This document shows positions 41,024 through 51,470 of a DNA stretch of 59,517 bases, one piece after another; positions within the stretch are counted from its first letter, which is position 1, and each line of letters opens with the position of its first letter. This stretch comes from an uncultured Clostridia bacterium (GTDB lineage Bacteria > Bacillota > Clostridia > TANB77 > CAG-508): NCBI GenBank assembly GCA_949927455.1, contig CATLEX010000002.1, forward strand, positions 1-59,517, in the 5' to 3' direction. Made by a program: the position numbers and the translations under genes. The notes under the pieces are model-generated. The model was not told the origin of the DNA. It saw only the letters and a list, made by a program, of their open reading frames with translations, and searched no databases.

Positions 41024-42403
41024 ATGTTAAATAAATTATTGGAATTTTTGAAAGAGAAAAGCATATTAATTTTGGGAGCTGGATTGGAAGGAAAGTCAAC
41101 TTATGATTTTTTACGAAGAAATTTTCCAGAAAAAAAATTGTTTATGGCAGATAAAAGTACAGATTTGTTAGAAAAATATGCAGAATTTATAGAAGATATA
41201 AATTTAGAATTAAGTATGGGCAAAAATTATTTAAATGGCATAGAAAAGTATGATTTGATTGTAAAAACTCCAGGTATTTCTTTTAAAAATATTGATATTT
41301 CGAAATTTGAGAATAAAATTACTAGTCAATTGCAACTACTATTAGAATTTGTAGACGTATTTACAATAGGAATTACTGGAACAAAAGGAAAAAGTACAAC
41401 AAGTAGTTTAATGAATAAGGTTTTAAAAGACCAAGGAAAAGATGCTTTTTTGCTTGGAAATATTGGAGAGCCAATATTTGATAATATTGAAAAATTAAAA
41501 AAAGATAGTATTGTTGTTTTGGAACTTTCTTCACATGCTTTGCAATATGTGAAAAACTCACCTAATATAGCTGTTTTGTTGAACTTATATCCAGAACATC
41601 TTGATTTTTATGTTTCTTTTGAAGAATATGTTAATGCCAAATTTAATGTAGCAAAGTTCCAAAAGGAAGAGGATTTTTTCATTTATAATGCTGACAATTT
41701 TATGATTCAAAAACATCCTGTTAGAAAAACAGACTATGCTGTTACATTGCAGGAAACTTCAGATATGAAAAATGTAGTATATAGGAAAGAAAACGGCATA
41801 TATTGTAAAGATAAATATGTTATGGATTTGGATACTACGCTAAGACTAAAAGGAATGCATAATATGAATAATATTATGTTTGTATTTGCGGTATGTGACA
41901 TTATGAATTTGAATTTTGAAAAGGCAATTGAAACAATTAAAAATTTTGAAGCATTGGAACATAGAATGGAGTTTGTTGGAGAAGTAAATTTAGTAGAATA
42001 TTATAATGATTCAATTGCAACAATACCAGAAGCAACAATCAATACAGTAAAAGCATTACAAAAAGTTAATACAATTATTGTAGGTGGAAAAGATAGAGGA
42101 GTAAGTCAAAATGAATTGGAAGAATTTTTGAAAAATTCTGACGTAGAAAACATTATTTGTTTGCCGAAAACAGGTGAGTTTATTTATCATGCTTTGAAAA
42201 ATGTAGCCAATAAAAGAGTATTTATGGTAGAAAATTTGCAAGAAGCTGTTAAAATTGCAAAACAGGTAACACAGAAAAATACAATTTGTGTTTTATCACC
42301 AGCTGCTTCAAGTTATGGATATTTCAAGAATTTTCAAGAAAGAGGAAAACAATTTAAAAAACTTGTTTTAGAAGACATAAAAAGGGACGAAATAATTATT
42401 TGA
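41024..42403 (+). CDS. murD: UDP-N-acetylmuramoyl-L-alanine--glutamate ligase (MurD family, possibly MurD2-type)
   Basis: N-terminal Rossmann ILILGAGLEGKS, Mur ligase P-loop GITGTKGKSTT, NIGEP, and C-terminal domain motifs. It lies outside any dcw context. Confidence 0.75.
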   Translation: MLNKLLEFLKEKSILILGAGLEGKSTYDFLRRNFPEKKLFMADKSTDLLEKYAEFIEDINLELSMGKNYLNGIEKYDLIVKTPGISFKNIDISKFENKITSQLQLLLEFVDVFTIGITGTKGKSTTSSLMNKVLKDQGKDAFLLGNIGEPIFDNIEKLKKDSIVVLELSSHALQYVKNSPNIAVLLNLYPEHLDFYVSFEEYVNAKFNVAKFQKEEDFFIYNADNFMIQKHPVRKTDYAVTLQETSDMKNVVYRKENGIYCKDKYVMDLDTTLRLKGMHNMNNIMFVFAVCDIMNLNFEKAIETIKNFEALEHRMEFVGEVNLVEYYNDSIATIPEATINTVKALQKVNTIIVGGKDRGVSQNELEEFLKNSDVENIICLPKTGEFIYHALKNVANKRVFMVENLQEAVKIAKQVTQKNTICVLSPAASSYGYFKNFQERGKQFKKLVLEDIKRDEIII

Positions 42404-42500
42404 CATAAGTAAAAAGGAATAGAGTATTGATAAAATCAATAAAAACTTCTAACAAAAAAACAAAAAAATGTAAAAATTTTCAAAAAATTCAAATTTTATG

Positions 42501-42529
42501 TAGACAAACAAAAAAAAGTGTGCTATAAT
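42501..42529 (+). promoter_or_regulatory. Promoter candidate with an extended -10
   Basis: TAGACA, 17 nt spacer, (TGC)TATAAT. Confidence 0.45.
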
Positions 42530-42605
42530 ATAGTTAAGAATGAAAATTAAAATCGAAAAATAGCATATATGAAATACGTTAGATGAAATTAAGGAGGAAT
42601 TTAAA

Positions 42606-43286
42606 TTGAATACAAATTATTTAGAAAACAACCACTTAGTGTTGGTTGGAAAGGTTGCGAGCGAAAAAAGATACAGCCACGAAATTTATGGAGAGAAATT
42701 TTACATATTTAATTTAGAAGTTGTAAGATTGAGTTCAACAGTTGATATTATTCCAATAACTGTATCAGAGAGATTGCTTACAAGTATTAATTTAGAGTTA
42801 GGAACAATGCTTAGGGTGGAAGGACAATTTAGATCTTATAATAATTACGAAAATGAGAAAAATAAATTAATACTAACAGTTTTTGCCAAAGAAATTAAGG
42901 CAGTAGATTTAGAACAGAGTAAAGACGAGGTATCAAATGAAGTCAAATTAGTAGGATATATTTGTAAAAAACCGATTTACAGACAAACACCATTTGGAAG
43001 AGAAATTGCAGATATTTTATTGGCTGTAAATAGAGCTTATAATAAATCAGATTATATTCCATGTATTGCATGGGGACGTAACGCAAGATTTTGTGAAAAT
43101 ATGGAAGTAGGAACAGAAGTGAGTTTAACAGGTAGAGTGCAAAGTAGAATTTATGAGAAAAAACATGAAGATGGAACAGTAGAAGAAAGAGTTGCTTATG
43201 AGGTTTCTATTGCAAGTTTAGAAATTGTGAATAAAGAAGAAGCAGAAGTAAATGAAATGAATGGAACAACAGAAGAAGTTGTTTAA
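42606..43286 (+). CDS. Tandem OB-fold single-stranded-DNA-binding-like protein
   Basis: TTG start after AAGGAGG. Two SSB-like OB repeats (LVLVGKV...RVEGQFRSYN and VKLVGYIC...LTGRVQSRIYEKK) and an acidic tail. Confidence 0.55.
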   Translation: MNTNYLENNHLVLVGKVASEKRYSHEIYGEKFYIFNLEVVRLSSTVDIIPITVSERLLTSINLELGTMLRVEGQFRSYNNYENEKNKLILTVFAKEIKAVDLEQSKDEVSNEVKLVGYICKKPIYRQTPFGREIADILLAVNRAYNKSDYIPCIAWGRNARFCENMEVGTEVSLTGRVQSRIYEKKHEDGTVEERVAYEVSIASLEIVNKEEAEVNEMNGTTEEVV

Positions 43287-43287
43287 T

Positions 43288-43329
43288 TAAGATAGATGTT
43301 TAAGTCTTTGCCGATTTACAGATATCTTA
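43288..43329 (+). repeat. Hairpin element TAAGATAG...GATATCTTA (copy 2)
   Basis: Same conserved termini as 32738..32777. Begins 1 nt after the stop codon. Confidence 0.45.
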
Positions 43330-43397
43330 TGCAAGGAAGTGGAACGTAGTTGCATACTTTTGAATAATATAGTTATATATACCTTTATATATAGATT

Positions 43398-43445
43398 AAA
43401 ACGCCTAAGTGCGAAGAAAAGACTTCGTATTTGGGCGTTTTTGTT
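43398..43445. terminator. Bidirectional terminator between convergent genes
   Basis: AAAACGCC...CGAAG-loop-CTTCG...GGCGTTTT composite stem. Confidence 0.65.
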
Positions 43446-43449
43446 TCTG

Positions 43450-44766
43450 TTAATATAGTTCATTAAATTTAATATCTGAGTTTGGATATTCTTCTGGTTT
43501 TAATCCAACACGTGATTTCATATAAGACAAAATGATAAGTAAAATAATAGTAAATAAAATGCCTAAAATAAATGTGGATAAAGCACTAGAAATATTGTTT
43601 GTTAAGAAAGATACTAAAAATGCGACAAAAGTACGTGTTAAACTTTCTAAAAAAAGGTTGGCAGAGGTAATTTGCGTTCGCAAAGTGCTTGTTGCAAAAC
43701 TGCCTAAGTATTGCTTAATGAGTGTGTAATAAGGGGCTGGAATAACATAATTTATTGCAAATAAAGTAAGTACTAAAAAATACAATAAAAAAGGTGGCAA
43801 ACCTGTTAAAATGGCAGTAAGTCCTGTCAATATAACAGATAGGCAGTAAGTTGCACTTAAGAAACCTAAAGTATGGTTTCCATGTGCTTTATGGATTTTT
43901 GTTGCAGAAGTTGAGAAAAATCCAGAGAGTAATCCATAAAGTGCAAAAATAATTCCAAAATATTCATTTGGCACATTTAATTCTGTTAAAACACTACGAC
44001 GAAGAGTGTCTATCATAACAATAAAGCTAACAAATATGGCATTAAATAAAATTAAAGCTCGTAATCGTTTTGATTTTAAAATAAAACGAAAGGCTTGTTT
44101 TAAATCTTTTATGTAATTTTTTAATTCAGCAGAAAAAGAAGACTTTGCTTGAGATGTATGAGGTTGCGTTGGTGTTTGTATTTCTGTGAATTTGTAAGAC
44201 AAAATAATGGCAATAAAAGTAAAAATTAAGCTAAGAATCAATGGTATATAAGGATTTGCCACAAACAGAAAACCTGAAATTGCTGCTGTTATTGCGTTTA
44301 AATAGTAATATAAAGAAGAGCCTTTTCCGTCAATTTTAGAAAATATGGTTCGTTTATTTTCTGAATTCTCAATTGAATCATATAGTAGATTAGGTTCGGC
44401 GAGTGATTTGGTTGTAAAGGCAATGGCACAAATAAAATTAGCGATAATGTATTCTGTAACAGAAGTTAACCCCATTACAAGTAATACAAAAGTAAATAAA
44501 AATAAATTACCAATGATTAAACTATTTTTTTTACCAATTTTTTGAACCAAAATGGTACATGGAATTTGTGAAATAATTTTGAATAATGGATAGAATGCTT
44601 CTGCAAAAATGTATTGAGATGTTGAGAAGCTTTTTGTTTGTGTTAAAAACAAAAATACGATTGCATAATAGAAAAGCAAATCCCAAGAAACCATTTTATA
44701 AAATTGGTATAATTTTTGGTTCTTTTTTTGTGCTTTTAATATTTCTTTTTCATTTGAATTCTCCAT
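43450..44766 (-). CDS. MFS transporter
   Basis: 438 aa with about 12 hydrophobic helices and a central basic loop. Confidence 0.75.
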   Translation of the reverse strand: MENSNEKEILKAQKKNQKLYQFYKMVSWDLLFYYAIVFLFLTQTKSFSTSQYIFAEAFYPLFKIISQIPCTILVQKIGKKNSLIIGNLFLFTFVLLVMGLTSVTEYIIANFICAIAFTTKSLAEPNLLYDSIENSENKRTIFSKIDGKGSSLYYYLNAITAAISGFLFVANPYIPLILSLIFTFIAIILSYKFTEIQTPTQPHTSQAKSSFSAELKNYIKDLKQAFRFILKSKRLRALILFNAIFVSFIVMIDTLRRSVLTELNVPNEYFGIIFALYGLLSGFFSTSATKIHKAHGNHTLGFLSATYCLSVILTGLTAILTGLPPFLLYFLVLTLFAINYVIPAPYYTLIKQYLGSFATSTLRTQITSANLFLESLTRTFVAFLVSFLTNNISSALSTFILGILFTIILLIILSYMKSRVGLKPEEYPNSDIKFNELY

Positions 44767-44877
44767 TTTAACCTCCCAATTATTTTTTAATTATAACAAT
44801 AAAAAATTTTTTTGTAAAGGAGGAATATACAAATGTTAAAAATAAAAATACAAATCATAAAAAAAATAGAAAATCTA

Positions 44878-44906
44878 TTGACAAATCTTGGAAATAGCTG
44901 TATAAT
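44878..44906 (+). promoter_or_regulatory. Consensus sigma-A promoter of the S10 operon
   Basis: TTGACA, 17 nt spacer, TATAAT. Confidence 0.65.
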
Positions 44907-45204
44907 ACTACTTAGCGTGTAGATTTGCGATGAAGCAAGATGTGGCTACGTAAGTAAGTTGTATTACTTATCGGAGGGAACTCTTGCAGAGTATGTCATG
45001 GCTTAGACCAGGCGATAAGTTTGATTAAACGTTATTTTTTAGAAAGTAAAATTGCTTTCTGCAAACTTATCCAAGGAATTTTACGTAAAAAGCAGTAAAA
45101 GACTTGGATTTTAAGAGGTATAAAATGAAACACCTGGTAACGTTAATAACTTGCCGTTAATCGTATCTTATGAAAAGCGTGAAAAATAAAAAGGAGGTAA
45201 AAAA
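44907..45204 (+). promoter_or_regulatory. Long (~300 nt) structured 5' leader of rpsJ
   Basis: Nested stems such as GATAAGTTTG...CAAACTTATC, AGAAAG...CTTTCT and CCAAG...CTTGG. Locally GC-richer than the flanks. Confidence 0.4.
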
Positions 45205-45531
45205 ATGGCAACATCAAACACAGTAGGAAGTGACAAAATTAGAATTAGATTAAAAGCTTATGATTATGTTGTTTTAGATCAGTCTGCTGAAAAGATAGTA
45301 GAAACTGCTAAGAGAACAGGAGCTAAAGTTTCAGGTCCTATTCCACTTCCAACAGAGAAAGAAATTATCACAATTTTGCGTTCTCCACATAAGCATAAAG
45401 ATTCTAGAGAGCAATTTGAAATGAGAACACATAAAAGAGTGATAGATATTCTTTACCCAACGCAAAAAACTGTTGATAACTTGACGAAATTAGAGTTACC
45501 AGCAGGTGTTGATATCGAAATTAAGTTTTAA
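45205..45531 (+). CDS. rpsJ: 30S ribosomal protein S10
   Basis: IRIRLKAYD...GPIPLPT signature. Confidence 0.95.
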   Translation: MATSNTVGSDKIRIRLKAYDYVVLDQSAEKIVETAKRTGAKVSGPIPLPTEKEIITILRSPHKHKDSREQFEMRTHKRVIDILYPTQKTVDNLTKLELPAGVDIEIKF

Positions 45532-45656
45532 CTTATTTTAACTTAATTGAAAGTGAAACGAAATGCTAGTGAAGTTATAATCCTTAGAAAAGCTACTACA
45601 GCTTTCTGAAATTATACAAATGCTGTAGCGAAGCTGCAAACATTAAAAATGACCAT

Positions 45657-45673
45657 GCTGGAAAAAACCAGCC
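45657..45673 (+). repeat. GCTGGAAAAAACCAGCC hairpin, short relative of the element at 8102..8137
   Basis: Read directly. Lies in the 162-nt rpsJ-rplC spacer. Confidence 0.4.
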
Positions 45674-45693
45674 AATAGTTAGGAGGAAAGAAA

Positions 45694-46329
45694 ATGAAAA
45701 AAGCAATAATAGGAAAAAAAGTTGGTATGACTCAAATATTTGATGAAAATGGTTCTGTCATTCCAGTAACAGTAATTGAATGTGGACCATGTTCAGTTGT
45801 TCAAATTAAAACTGTTGAAACAGATGGATATGATGCTGTTCAATTAGGTTTTGGAGAAGTAAAAGAAATTAAGGTTAATAAACCAAGTAAAGGACATTTT
45901 TCAAAAGCAAGTGTGAAACCAACAAAGCACCTAAGAGAATTTAGATTAGATGATGTTTCTACTCTAAAAGTAGGGGATGAAATTAAAGTGGATACTTTTG
46001 AAGCTGGTGAAACAGTAGACATTCAAGGTATTACAAAAGGAAAAGGGTTCCAAGGTGTAATTAAACGTCATGGACAATCAAGAGGACCAATGGGACATGG
46101 TTCTATGTATCATAGAAGACCAGGTTCAATGGGACCAACATCAACACCAGGTAGAGTTTTCAAAGGAAAAAAATTACCAGGACATATGGGTGTTGATACT
46201 GTTACCATTCAAAATCTTGCTATTATAAGAGTAGATTTAGATAAAAATGCTATTTTAGTAAAGGGAAGTGTTCCTGGAAACAAAGGTAGCATATTAAAAA
46301 TAAATGATAGTGTAAAGAGAAGTAAATAG
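45694..46329 (+). CDS. rplC: 50S ribosomal protein L3
   Basis: [14 protein letters not shown]...[13 protein letters not shown] motifs. Confidence 0.95.
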   Translation: MKKAIIGKKVGMTQIFDENGSVIPVTVIECGPCSVVQIKTVETDGYDAVQLGFGEVKEIKVNKPSKGHFSKASVKPTKHLREFRLDDVSTLKVGDEIKVDTFEAGETVDIQGITKGKGFQGVIKRHGQSRGPMGHGSMYHRRPGSMGPTSTPGRVFKGKKLPGHMGVDTVTIQNLAIIRVDLDKNAILVKGSVPGNKGSILKINDSVKRSK

Positions 46330-46349
46330 AAAGGAAGGAGGAAAACAAA

Positions 46350-46973
46350 ATGCCTAAAGTAGAAGTATATAACGTAGAAGGTAAAAAGGTTAGTGATTTA
46401 GAGTTAAAAGAAGAAGTATTTGGGATTGAACCAAATGAAGCTGTTGTACACAGTGTTCTAGTAAATTATTTAGCTAATCAAAGACAAGGTACGCAAAGTA
46501 CAAAAACAAGAAGCGAAGTTAGAGGCGGTGGTAAAAAACCATGGAGACAAAAAGGTACTGGTCGTGCAAGACAAGGTTCTATTCGTGCGCCACAATGGAT
46601 TAAAGGTGGTATTGCATTAGGACCAAAACCACGTTCTTATAAATATAGAGTCAATAAAAAAGAAAAAAGATTGGCGATTAAATCTATTTTAAGTTCAAAA
46701 GTTTTAGAAAATAATTTAGTAGTTGTTGATAAATTTGATTTTAAAGAAATTAAAACAAAACAAATGGCAACTGCTATGAAAAATTTAAAGGTAGAAGAAA
46801 AAGCGTTAATTATGTTACCAACTGGAGATGAAAAAGTTCAGAAATCAGCTAGAAATTTAGAAGGTGTGAGAACAAGTTCAGTGGCTACGATTAATGTGTT
46901 TGATTTATTAAAATATAAAAAATTAGTGTTAACAGTAGATAGTGTGAAGAAATTAGAGGAGGTGTATGCTTAA
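46350..46973 (+). CDS. rplD: 50S ribosomal protein L4
   Basis: RGGGKKPWRQKGTGRARQGSIRAPQW motif. Confidence 0.95.
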   Translation: MPKVEVYNVEGKKVSDLELKEEVFGIEPNEAVVHSVLVNYLANQRQGTQSTKTRSEVRGGGKKPWRQKGTGRARQGSIRAPQWIKGGIALGPKPRSYKYRVNKKEKRLAIKSILSSKVLENNLVVVDKFDFKEIKTKQMATAMKNLKVEEKALIMLPTGDEKVQKSARNLEGVRTSSVATINVFDLLKYKKLVLTVDSVKKLEEVYA

Positions 46974-47318
46974 ATGGTAGCAGAAGATATTGTTATAAAG
47001 CCAATTATTACGGAAAAAAGTAATATGGATATGCAAGAAGGAAAGTACACTTTCAAAGTTGCTAAAAAAGCAACAAAAGTTGAAATTAGAAATGCAGTTG
47101 AAAAATTGTTTGATGTAAAAGTATTAAATGTGAATACAATGACTGTAAAAGGAAAAGCAAAAAGAGTTGGTGTTCATAGAGGCATGACTTCTGATTGGAA
47201 AAAAGCAATTGTAACAATTGACACAGCAGCAGGAGATATTAAGTATCTTGGCAAAGGTGGAAAAGAAGTGAAGGTTTCTAAGAAATATAAAGACTCAATT
47301 GATGCATTTAATGCTTGA
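46974..47318 (+). CDS. rplW: 50S ribosomal protein L23
   Basis: [10 protein letters not shown]...[22 protein letters not shown] motif. Confidence 0.9.
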   Translation: MVAEDIVIKPIITEKSNMDMQEGKYTFKVAKKATKVEIRNAVEKLFDVKVLNVNTMTVKGKAKRVGVHRGMTSDWKKAIVTIDTAAGDIKYLGKGGKEVKVSKKYKDSIDAFNA

Positions 47319-47378
47319 TTTTAAAAGAATATCTAGAATAAACTAGGAAAATAAATTAAATAAAAGGAGATAAGAAAA

Positions 47379-48206
47379 ATGGGAATTAAACATTATAGAC
47401 CATATACACCATCAAGAAGAAATATGACGACTTCAACATTTGAAGAAGTAACAAAAAAAACACCTGAGAAATCTTTACTTGCAAAAAAGAAAAAAAATGC
47501 TGGTAGAAATTCTTATGGTAGAATTACAGTAAGACATCAAGGTGGTGGAAACAGACAAAAGTATAGAATTATTGATTTTAAGAGAAGAAAAGATGATATG
47601 ATTGCTACTGTAATTGGTATCGAATATGATCCAAACAGAAGTGCCAATATTGCATTAATCCAATATGAAGATGGAACGAAAAGTTATATTTTAGCACCAG
47701 AAAAATTAACAGATGGTGATAAAGTTGTTTCTGGTGAAAATGTTGATATTAAGCCAGGTAATAGTATGCCAATTTCAAGTATTCCAGTTGGTACGATGAT
47801 CCATAATATTGAATTAAATCCAGGGCAAGGTGGAAAGTTAGTTCGTTCTGCTGGGCAAGAAGCACAACTTATGGCGAAAGAAGGAGCATATGCGCATGTT
47901 AGACTTCCATCAGGAGAAATGAGATTAATTAGTGTGAAATGTAGAGCAACTATTGGAACAATTGGAAATAGCGATCATGAAAATATTAAATTAGGTAAAG
48001 CTGGTAGAAAAAGACATATGGGAATTAGACCAACAGTTAGAGGTTCTGTTATGAACCCAAATGATCACCCTCATGGTGGTGGTGAAGGTAGAGCGCCAGT
48101 TGGTAGACCAGGACCATTAACTCCTTGGGGTAAACCAGCTATGGGATACAAGACAAGAAATAAAAAGAAACAATCAAACAAATTTATCGTTAAGAGAAGA
48201 AAATAG
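47379..48206 (+). CDS. rplB: 50S ribosomal protein L2
   Basis: [16 protein letters not shown]...[12 protein letters not shown] motifs. Confidence 0.95.
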   Translation: MGIKHYRPYTPSRRNMTTSTFEEVTKKTPEKSLLAKKKKNAGRNSYGRITVRHQGGGNRQKYRIIDFKRRKDDMIATVIGIEYDPNRSANIALIQYEDGTKSYILAPEKLTDGDKVVSGENVDIKPGNSMPISSIPVGTMIHNIELNPGQGGKLVRSAGQEAQLMAKEGAYAHVRLPSGEMRLISVKCRATIGTIGNSDHENIKLGKAGRKRHMGIRPTVRGSVMNPNDHPHGGGEGRAPVGRPGPLTPWGKPAMGYKTRNKKKQSNKFIVKRRK

Positions 48207-48224
48207 GAAAGGAGAGAAATTTTT

Positions 48225-48500
48225 ATGTCAAGAAGTAGTAAAAAGAAACCATTTGTAGCACCTGAATTAATTAAGAGAGTAGAAAATATGAATGAATCAG
48301 GTAAAAAAGAAGTATTAAAGACATGGTCAAGAGCTTCTACCATTTATCCACAAATGATCGGTCATACAATTGCTGTTCATGATGGAAGAAAACATGTTCC
48401 TATTTATATTTCTGAAGAAATGGTTGGACATAAATTAGGAGAATTTGCTCCAACAAGAACATTTAAGGGACACGCAGGAGATAAGAAAACGAAAAAATAA
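48225..48500 (+). CDS. rpsS: 30S ribosomal protein S19
   Basis: [19 protein letters not shown] motif. Confidence 0.95.
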   Translation: MSRSSKKKPFVAPELIKRVENMNESGKKEVLKTWSRASTIYPQMIGHTIAVHDGRKHVPIYISEEMVGHKLGEFAPTRTFKGHAGDKKTKK

Positions 48501-48534
48501 TAGATTCTAAATTTTAAAAGAGGAGGTATAAACC

Positions 48535-48909
48535 GTGGAAGAAAAGGCAATGGAGAACGAAGTAGATAGCATAGAAGCAAAAGCTATTTTAAAATATGCT
48601 AGAATTTCAAGTAGAAAAGTAAAAATTGTTGCTGATTTAATTAGGGGTAAAAATGTAGATGAAGCATTATCAACTTTAAAGTTTGCTCCTAAAGCTTCAA
48701 GTGAAATACTTGAGAAATTGCTAAAATCAGCAATTGCAAATGCTGAAAATAATCACTTTATGGATAGACAAAAATTATATGTTGCAGAAATCTATGCTAA
48801 CCAAGGTCCAACGTTAAAGAGAATAAGACCTGCGGCAAAAGGTTCTGCTGTAAGAATTAGAAAGAGAACGAGTCATATAACAATCGTTTTAAGAGAAATG
48901 AGTAAATAA
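48535..48909 (+). CDS. rplV: 50S ribosomal protein L22
   Basis: GTG start after [26 protein letters not shown] motif. Confidence 0.9.
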   Translation: MEEKAMENEVDSIEAKAILKYARISSRKVKIVADLIRGKNVDEALSTLKFAPKASSEILEKLLKSAIANAENNHFMDRQKLYVAEIYANQGPTLKRIRPAAKGSAVRIRKRTSHITIVLREMSK

Positions 48910-48927
48910 AGAAAGGAGTTACAAAAC

Positions 48928-49590
48928 ATGGGACAAAAAGTTCATCCAAATGGAATAAGAGTTGGTGTAATTAGAGATTGGAACTCAAAATGGTATGCTG
49001 ATTCAAAAAATTACAGTGACTACTTAGTTGAGGATTATAAAATCCGTAAATATATAAAGAAAAAATTATATGTTAGCGGAATTTCAAAAATGGAAATTGA
49101 AAGAACTGCAAAATGTGTAAAAATTAATGTTTACACAGCAAAACCAGGTCTAGTAATAGGAAAAGGTGGAAATCTTTCAGAAGCATTAAAAAATGAGTTA
49201 GAAAAAATGATTAATAAACAAGTTAATCTAAATATTGTAGAGGTAAAAAATATTGATACTGATGCGCAATTGGTTGCAGAAAATATAGCAGGTCAATTGG
49301 AGAGAAGAATTTCATTCAGAAGAGCGATGAAACAATGTATGCAAAAATCTATGAAAGCAGGTGCTTTAGGTATTAAAACTGCGGTATCTGGTAGATTAGG
49401 TGGAGCAGATATGGCTAGAACTGAATTTTACAAAGATGGAACCATTCCATTACAAACATTAAGAGCTGACATTGATTATGGATTTGCTGAAGCTGATACA
49501 ACTTATGGAAAAATAGGTGTAAAAGTTTGGATTTATAAGGGTGAAATCCTTCCAGCTAAAAAAGAAGCGAAAGAAGGAGGTAGAGACTAA
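48928..49590 (+). CDS. rpsC: 30S ribosomal protein S3
   Basis: [13 protein letters not shown]... with KH and S3-C domains. Confidence 0.95.
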   Translation: MGQKVHPNGIRVGVIRDWNSKWYADSKNYSDYLVEDYKIRKYIKKKLYVSGISKMEIERTAKCVKINVYTAKPGLVIGKGGNLSEALKNELEKMINKQVNLNIVEVKNIDTDAQLVAENIAGQLERRISFRRAMKQCMQKSMKAGALGIKTAVSGRLGGADMARTEFYKDGTIPLQTLRADIDYGFAEADTTYGKIGVKVWIYKGEILPAKKEAKEGGRD

Positions 49591-50024
49591 TGCCATTAAT
49601 GCCTAAAAAAACAAAGTTTAGAAAAATGCAAAAAGGTAGAAATAGAGGAGTTGCAACAAGAGGAAATGTTGTAAATGAAGGTGAATTTGGACTTCAAGCA
49701 ACAACTGCTGGTTGGATTACTTCAAACCAAATTGAAGCTGCCAGAATTGCTATGACACGTTATATCAAAAGAGGTGGTAAAGTTTGGATTAAAGTATTTC
49801 CAGATAAGCCAATTACAAGCAAACCAATTGGAACTCGTATGGGTAAAGGTAAAGGTGCTCCTGAATATTGGGTAGCAGTTGTAAAACCAGGAAGAGTTAT
49901 GTTTGAACTAGCTGGTATTTCAGAAGAGATTGCAAGAGAAGCATTGAGACTTGCAGGACATAAACTACCTGTAAAAACAAAATTTGTAAAAAGAGAAGTA
50001 GGCGGTGATTTAGATGAAGAATAA
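49590..50024 (+). CDS. rplP: 50S ribosomal protein L16
   Basis: [14 protein letters not shown]...[19 protein letters not shown] motifs. Confidence 0.95.
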   Translation: MPLMPKKTKFRKMQKGRNRGVATRGNVVNEGEFGLQATTAGWITSNQIEAARIAMTRYIKRGGKVWIKVFPDKPITSKPIGTRMGKGKGAPEYWVAVVKPGRVMFELAGISEEIAREALRLAGHKLPVKTKFVKREVGGDLDEE

Positions 50025-50211
50025 GAAATTAAATGAAATGTCTTCACCTGAGCTAGAAAAAGAACTAAGTGAGTTAAAATCAGAACTATTTAAATTAAGA
50101 TTTAGTTTAGCAACAAATGGATTAGATAATCCGATGAGAATTCGAGAAGTTCGACGCGAAATTGCCAGAGTAAAGACAATTTTAAGACAAAAAGAGTTAA
50201 AGAACAATTAA
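50014..50211 (+). CDS. rpmC: 50S ribosomal protein L29
   Basis: [36 protein letters not shown] motif. Confidence 0.9.
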   Translation: MKNKKLNEMSSPELEKELSELKSELFKLRFSLATNGLDNPMRIREVRREIARVKTILRQKELKNN

Positions 50212-50240
50212 ATAATATTTAAGAAAGGAGACATATCCTA

Positions 50241-50513
50241 ATGGAAAAACAGGAAGAAAGAAATCTTCGTAAAACAATGATAGGTACAGTTGTTTCTGAT
50301 AAAATGGATAAAACGATTGTAGTGGCTGTTGAAGACAATGTTACACATTCAATTTATAAGAAAACTGTAAAGAAAACATATAAATTAAAAGCTCATGATG
50401 AAAATAATGAGTGCAAGGTAGGAGATAGAGTTGAAGTTATGGAAACAAGACCTTTATCAAAAGATAAAAGATGGAGACTTGTGGAAATAGTAGAAAAAGC
50501 TGTTATTAAGTAA
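50241..50513 (+). CDS. rpsQ: 30S ribosomal protein S17
   Basis: [14 protein letters not shown]...[18 protein letters not shown] motifs. Confidence 0.9.
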   Translation: MEKQEERNLRKTMIGTVVSDKMDKTIVVAVEDNVTHSIYKKTVKKTYKLKAHDENNECKVGDRVEVMETRPLSKDKRWRLVEIVEKAVIK

Positions 50514-50661
50514 GCTCTTATAAAACAAGCGAATGTAATGAGTTGCTTTATTAGAGATTACTTATGCAATGGAGTGAGTGTAACGAGCAAAGTTGTAAAC
50601 ATTGAAAAAACTACTATGTGATTAAAATTTGTAGAGAAAATAAAAGAAGGAGGAACTTTAA

Positions 50662-51030
50662 ATGGTACAACAACAGACTAAATTAAAAGTAGCTGATAAT
50701 ACTGGTGCAAAAGAAATTATGTGTATCAGATGTTTGGGTGGTTCATATAGAAGATATGCTGAAATAGGTGATATTATAGTTGCTTCTGTAAAATCTGCTA
50801 CACCAGGTGGCGTTGTTAAAAAGGGAGAAGTTGTAAAAGCTGTCGTTGTTAGAACGAAAAAGGGAGCTAGACGTGCTGATGGTTCTTATGTAAAATTTGA
50901 TGAAAATGCTGCTGTTATTATTCGTGATGATGGAACTCCAAAAGGAACACGTATTTTTGGTCCAGTAGCAAGAGAGTTAAGAGATAAAAATTATTTAAAG
51001 ATATTATCTTTGGCTCCAGAAGTTCTTTAA
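50662..51030 (+). CDS. rplN: 50S ribosomal protein L14
   Basis: [22 protein letters not shown] motif. Confidence 0.95.
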   Translation: MVQQQTKLKVADNTGAKEIMCIRCLGGSYRRYAEIGDIIVASVKSATPGGVVKKGEVVKAVVVRTKKGARRADGSYVKFDENAAVIIRDDGTPKGTRIFGPVARELRDKNYLKILSLAPEVL

Positions 51031-51133
51031 GCTCTTAGTTAAGGTTAGAGATTAAAGATGCAAAAATTTTGTTAAAATTTTTTGTATTAATGATAACATT
51101 TCAAAAATCTAAAAAGAATTAGAGGTGAATAAA

Positions 51134-51442
51134 TTGAGAATAAAAAAAGGTGATAATGTTAAAATTTTGTCAGGAAATGACAAAGATGCTACTGGTGAAG
51201 TTTTAGAAGTAATTCCGAAAAAAAATAAAATTATTGTAAAAGGTGTCAATGTTAGAAAAAAACATGTAAAACCAAGAAGACAAGGTGAAGAAGGTGGAAT
51301 TATTTCAGCTGAATGTCCAATTGATAGTAGTAAAGCAAATGTTATTTGTCCAAAATGTGGAAAAGTAACAAGAATTGGGTATGGAGAAGAAAAAGGTGAA
51401 AAAATACGTGTTTGTAAGAAATGCGGAGCGAGAATAAAATAA
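51134..51442 (+). CDS. rplX: 50S ribosomal protein L24 (Cys4 variant)
   Basis: (M)RIKKGDNVKILSGNDKD KOW motif. Start is TTG 51134 or GTG 51125. The C-terminus carries CPKCG...CKKCG. Confidence 0.9.
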   Translation: MRIKKGDNVKILSGNDKDATGEVLEVIPKKNKIIVKGVNVRKKHVKPRRQGEEGGIISAECPIDSSKANVICPKCGKVTRIGYGEEKGEKIRVCKKCGARIK

Positions 51443-51470
51443 TTAGTTGGAAAGGAGGAATTTTAAGACA

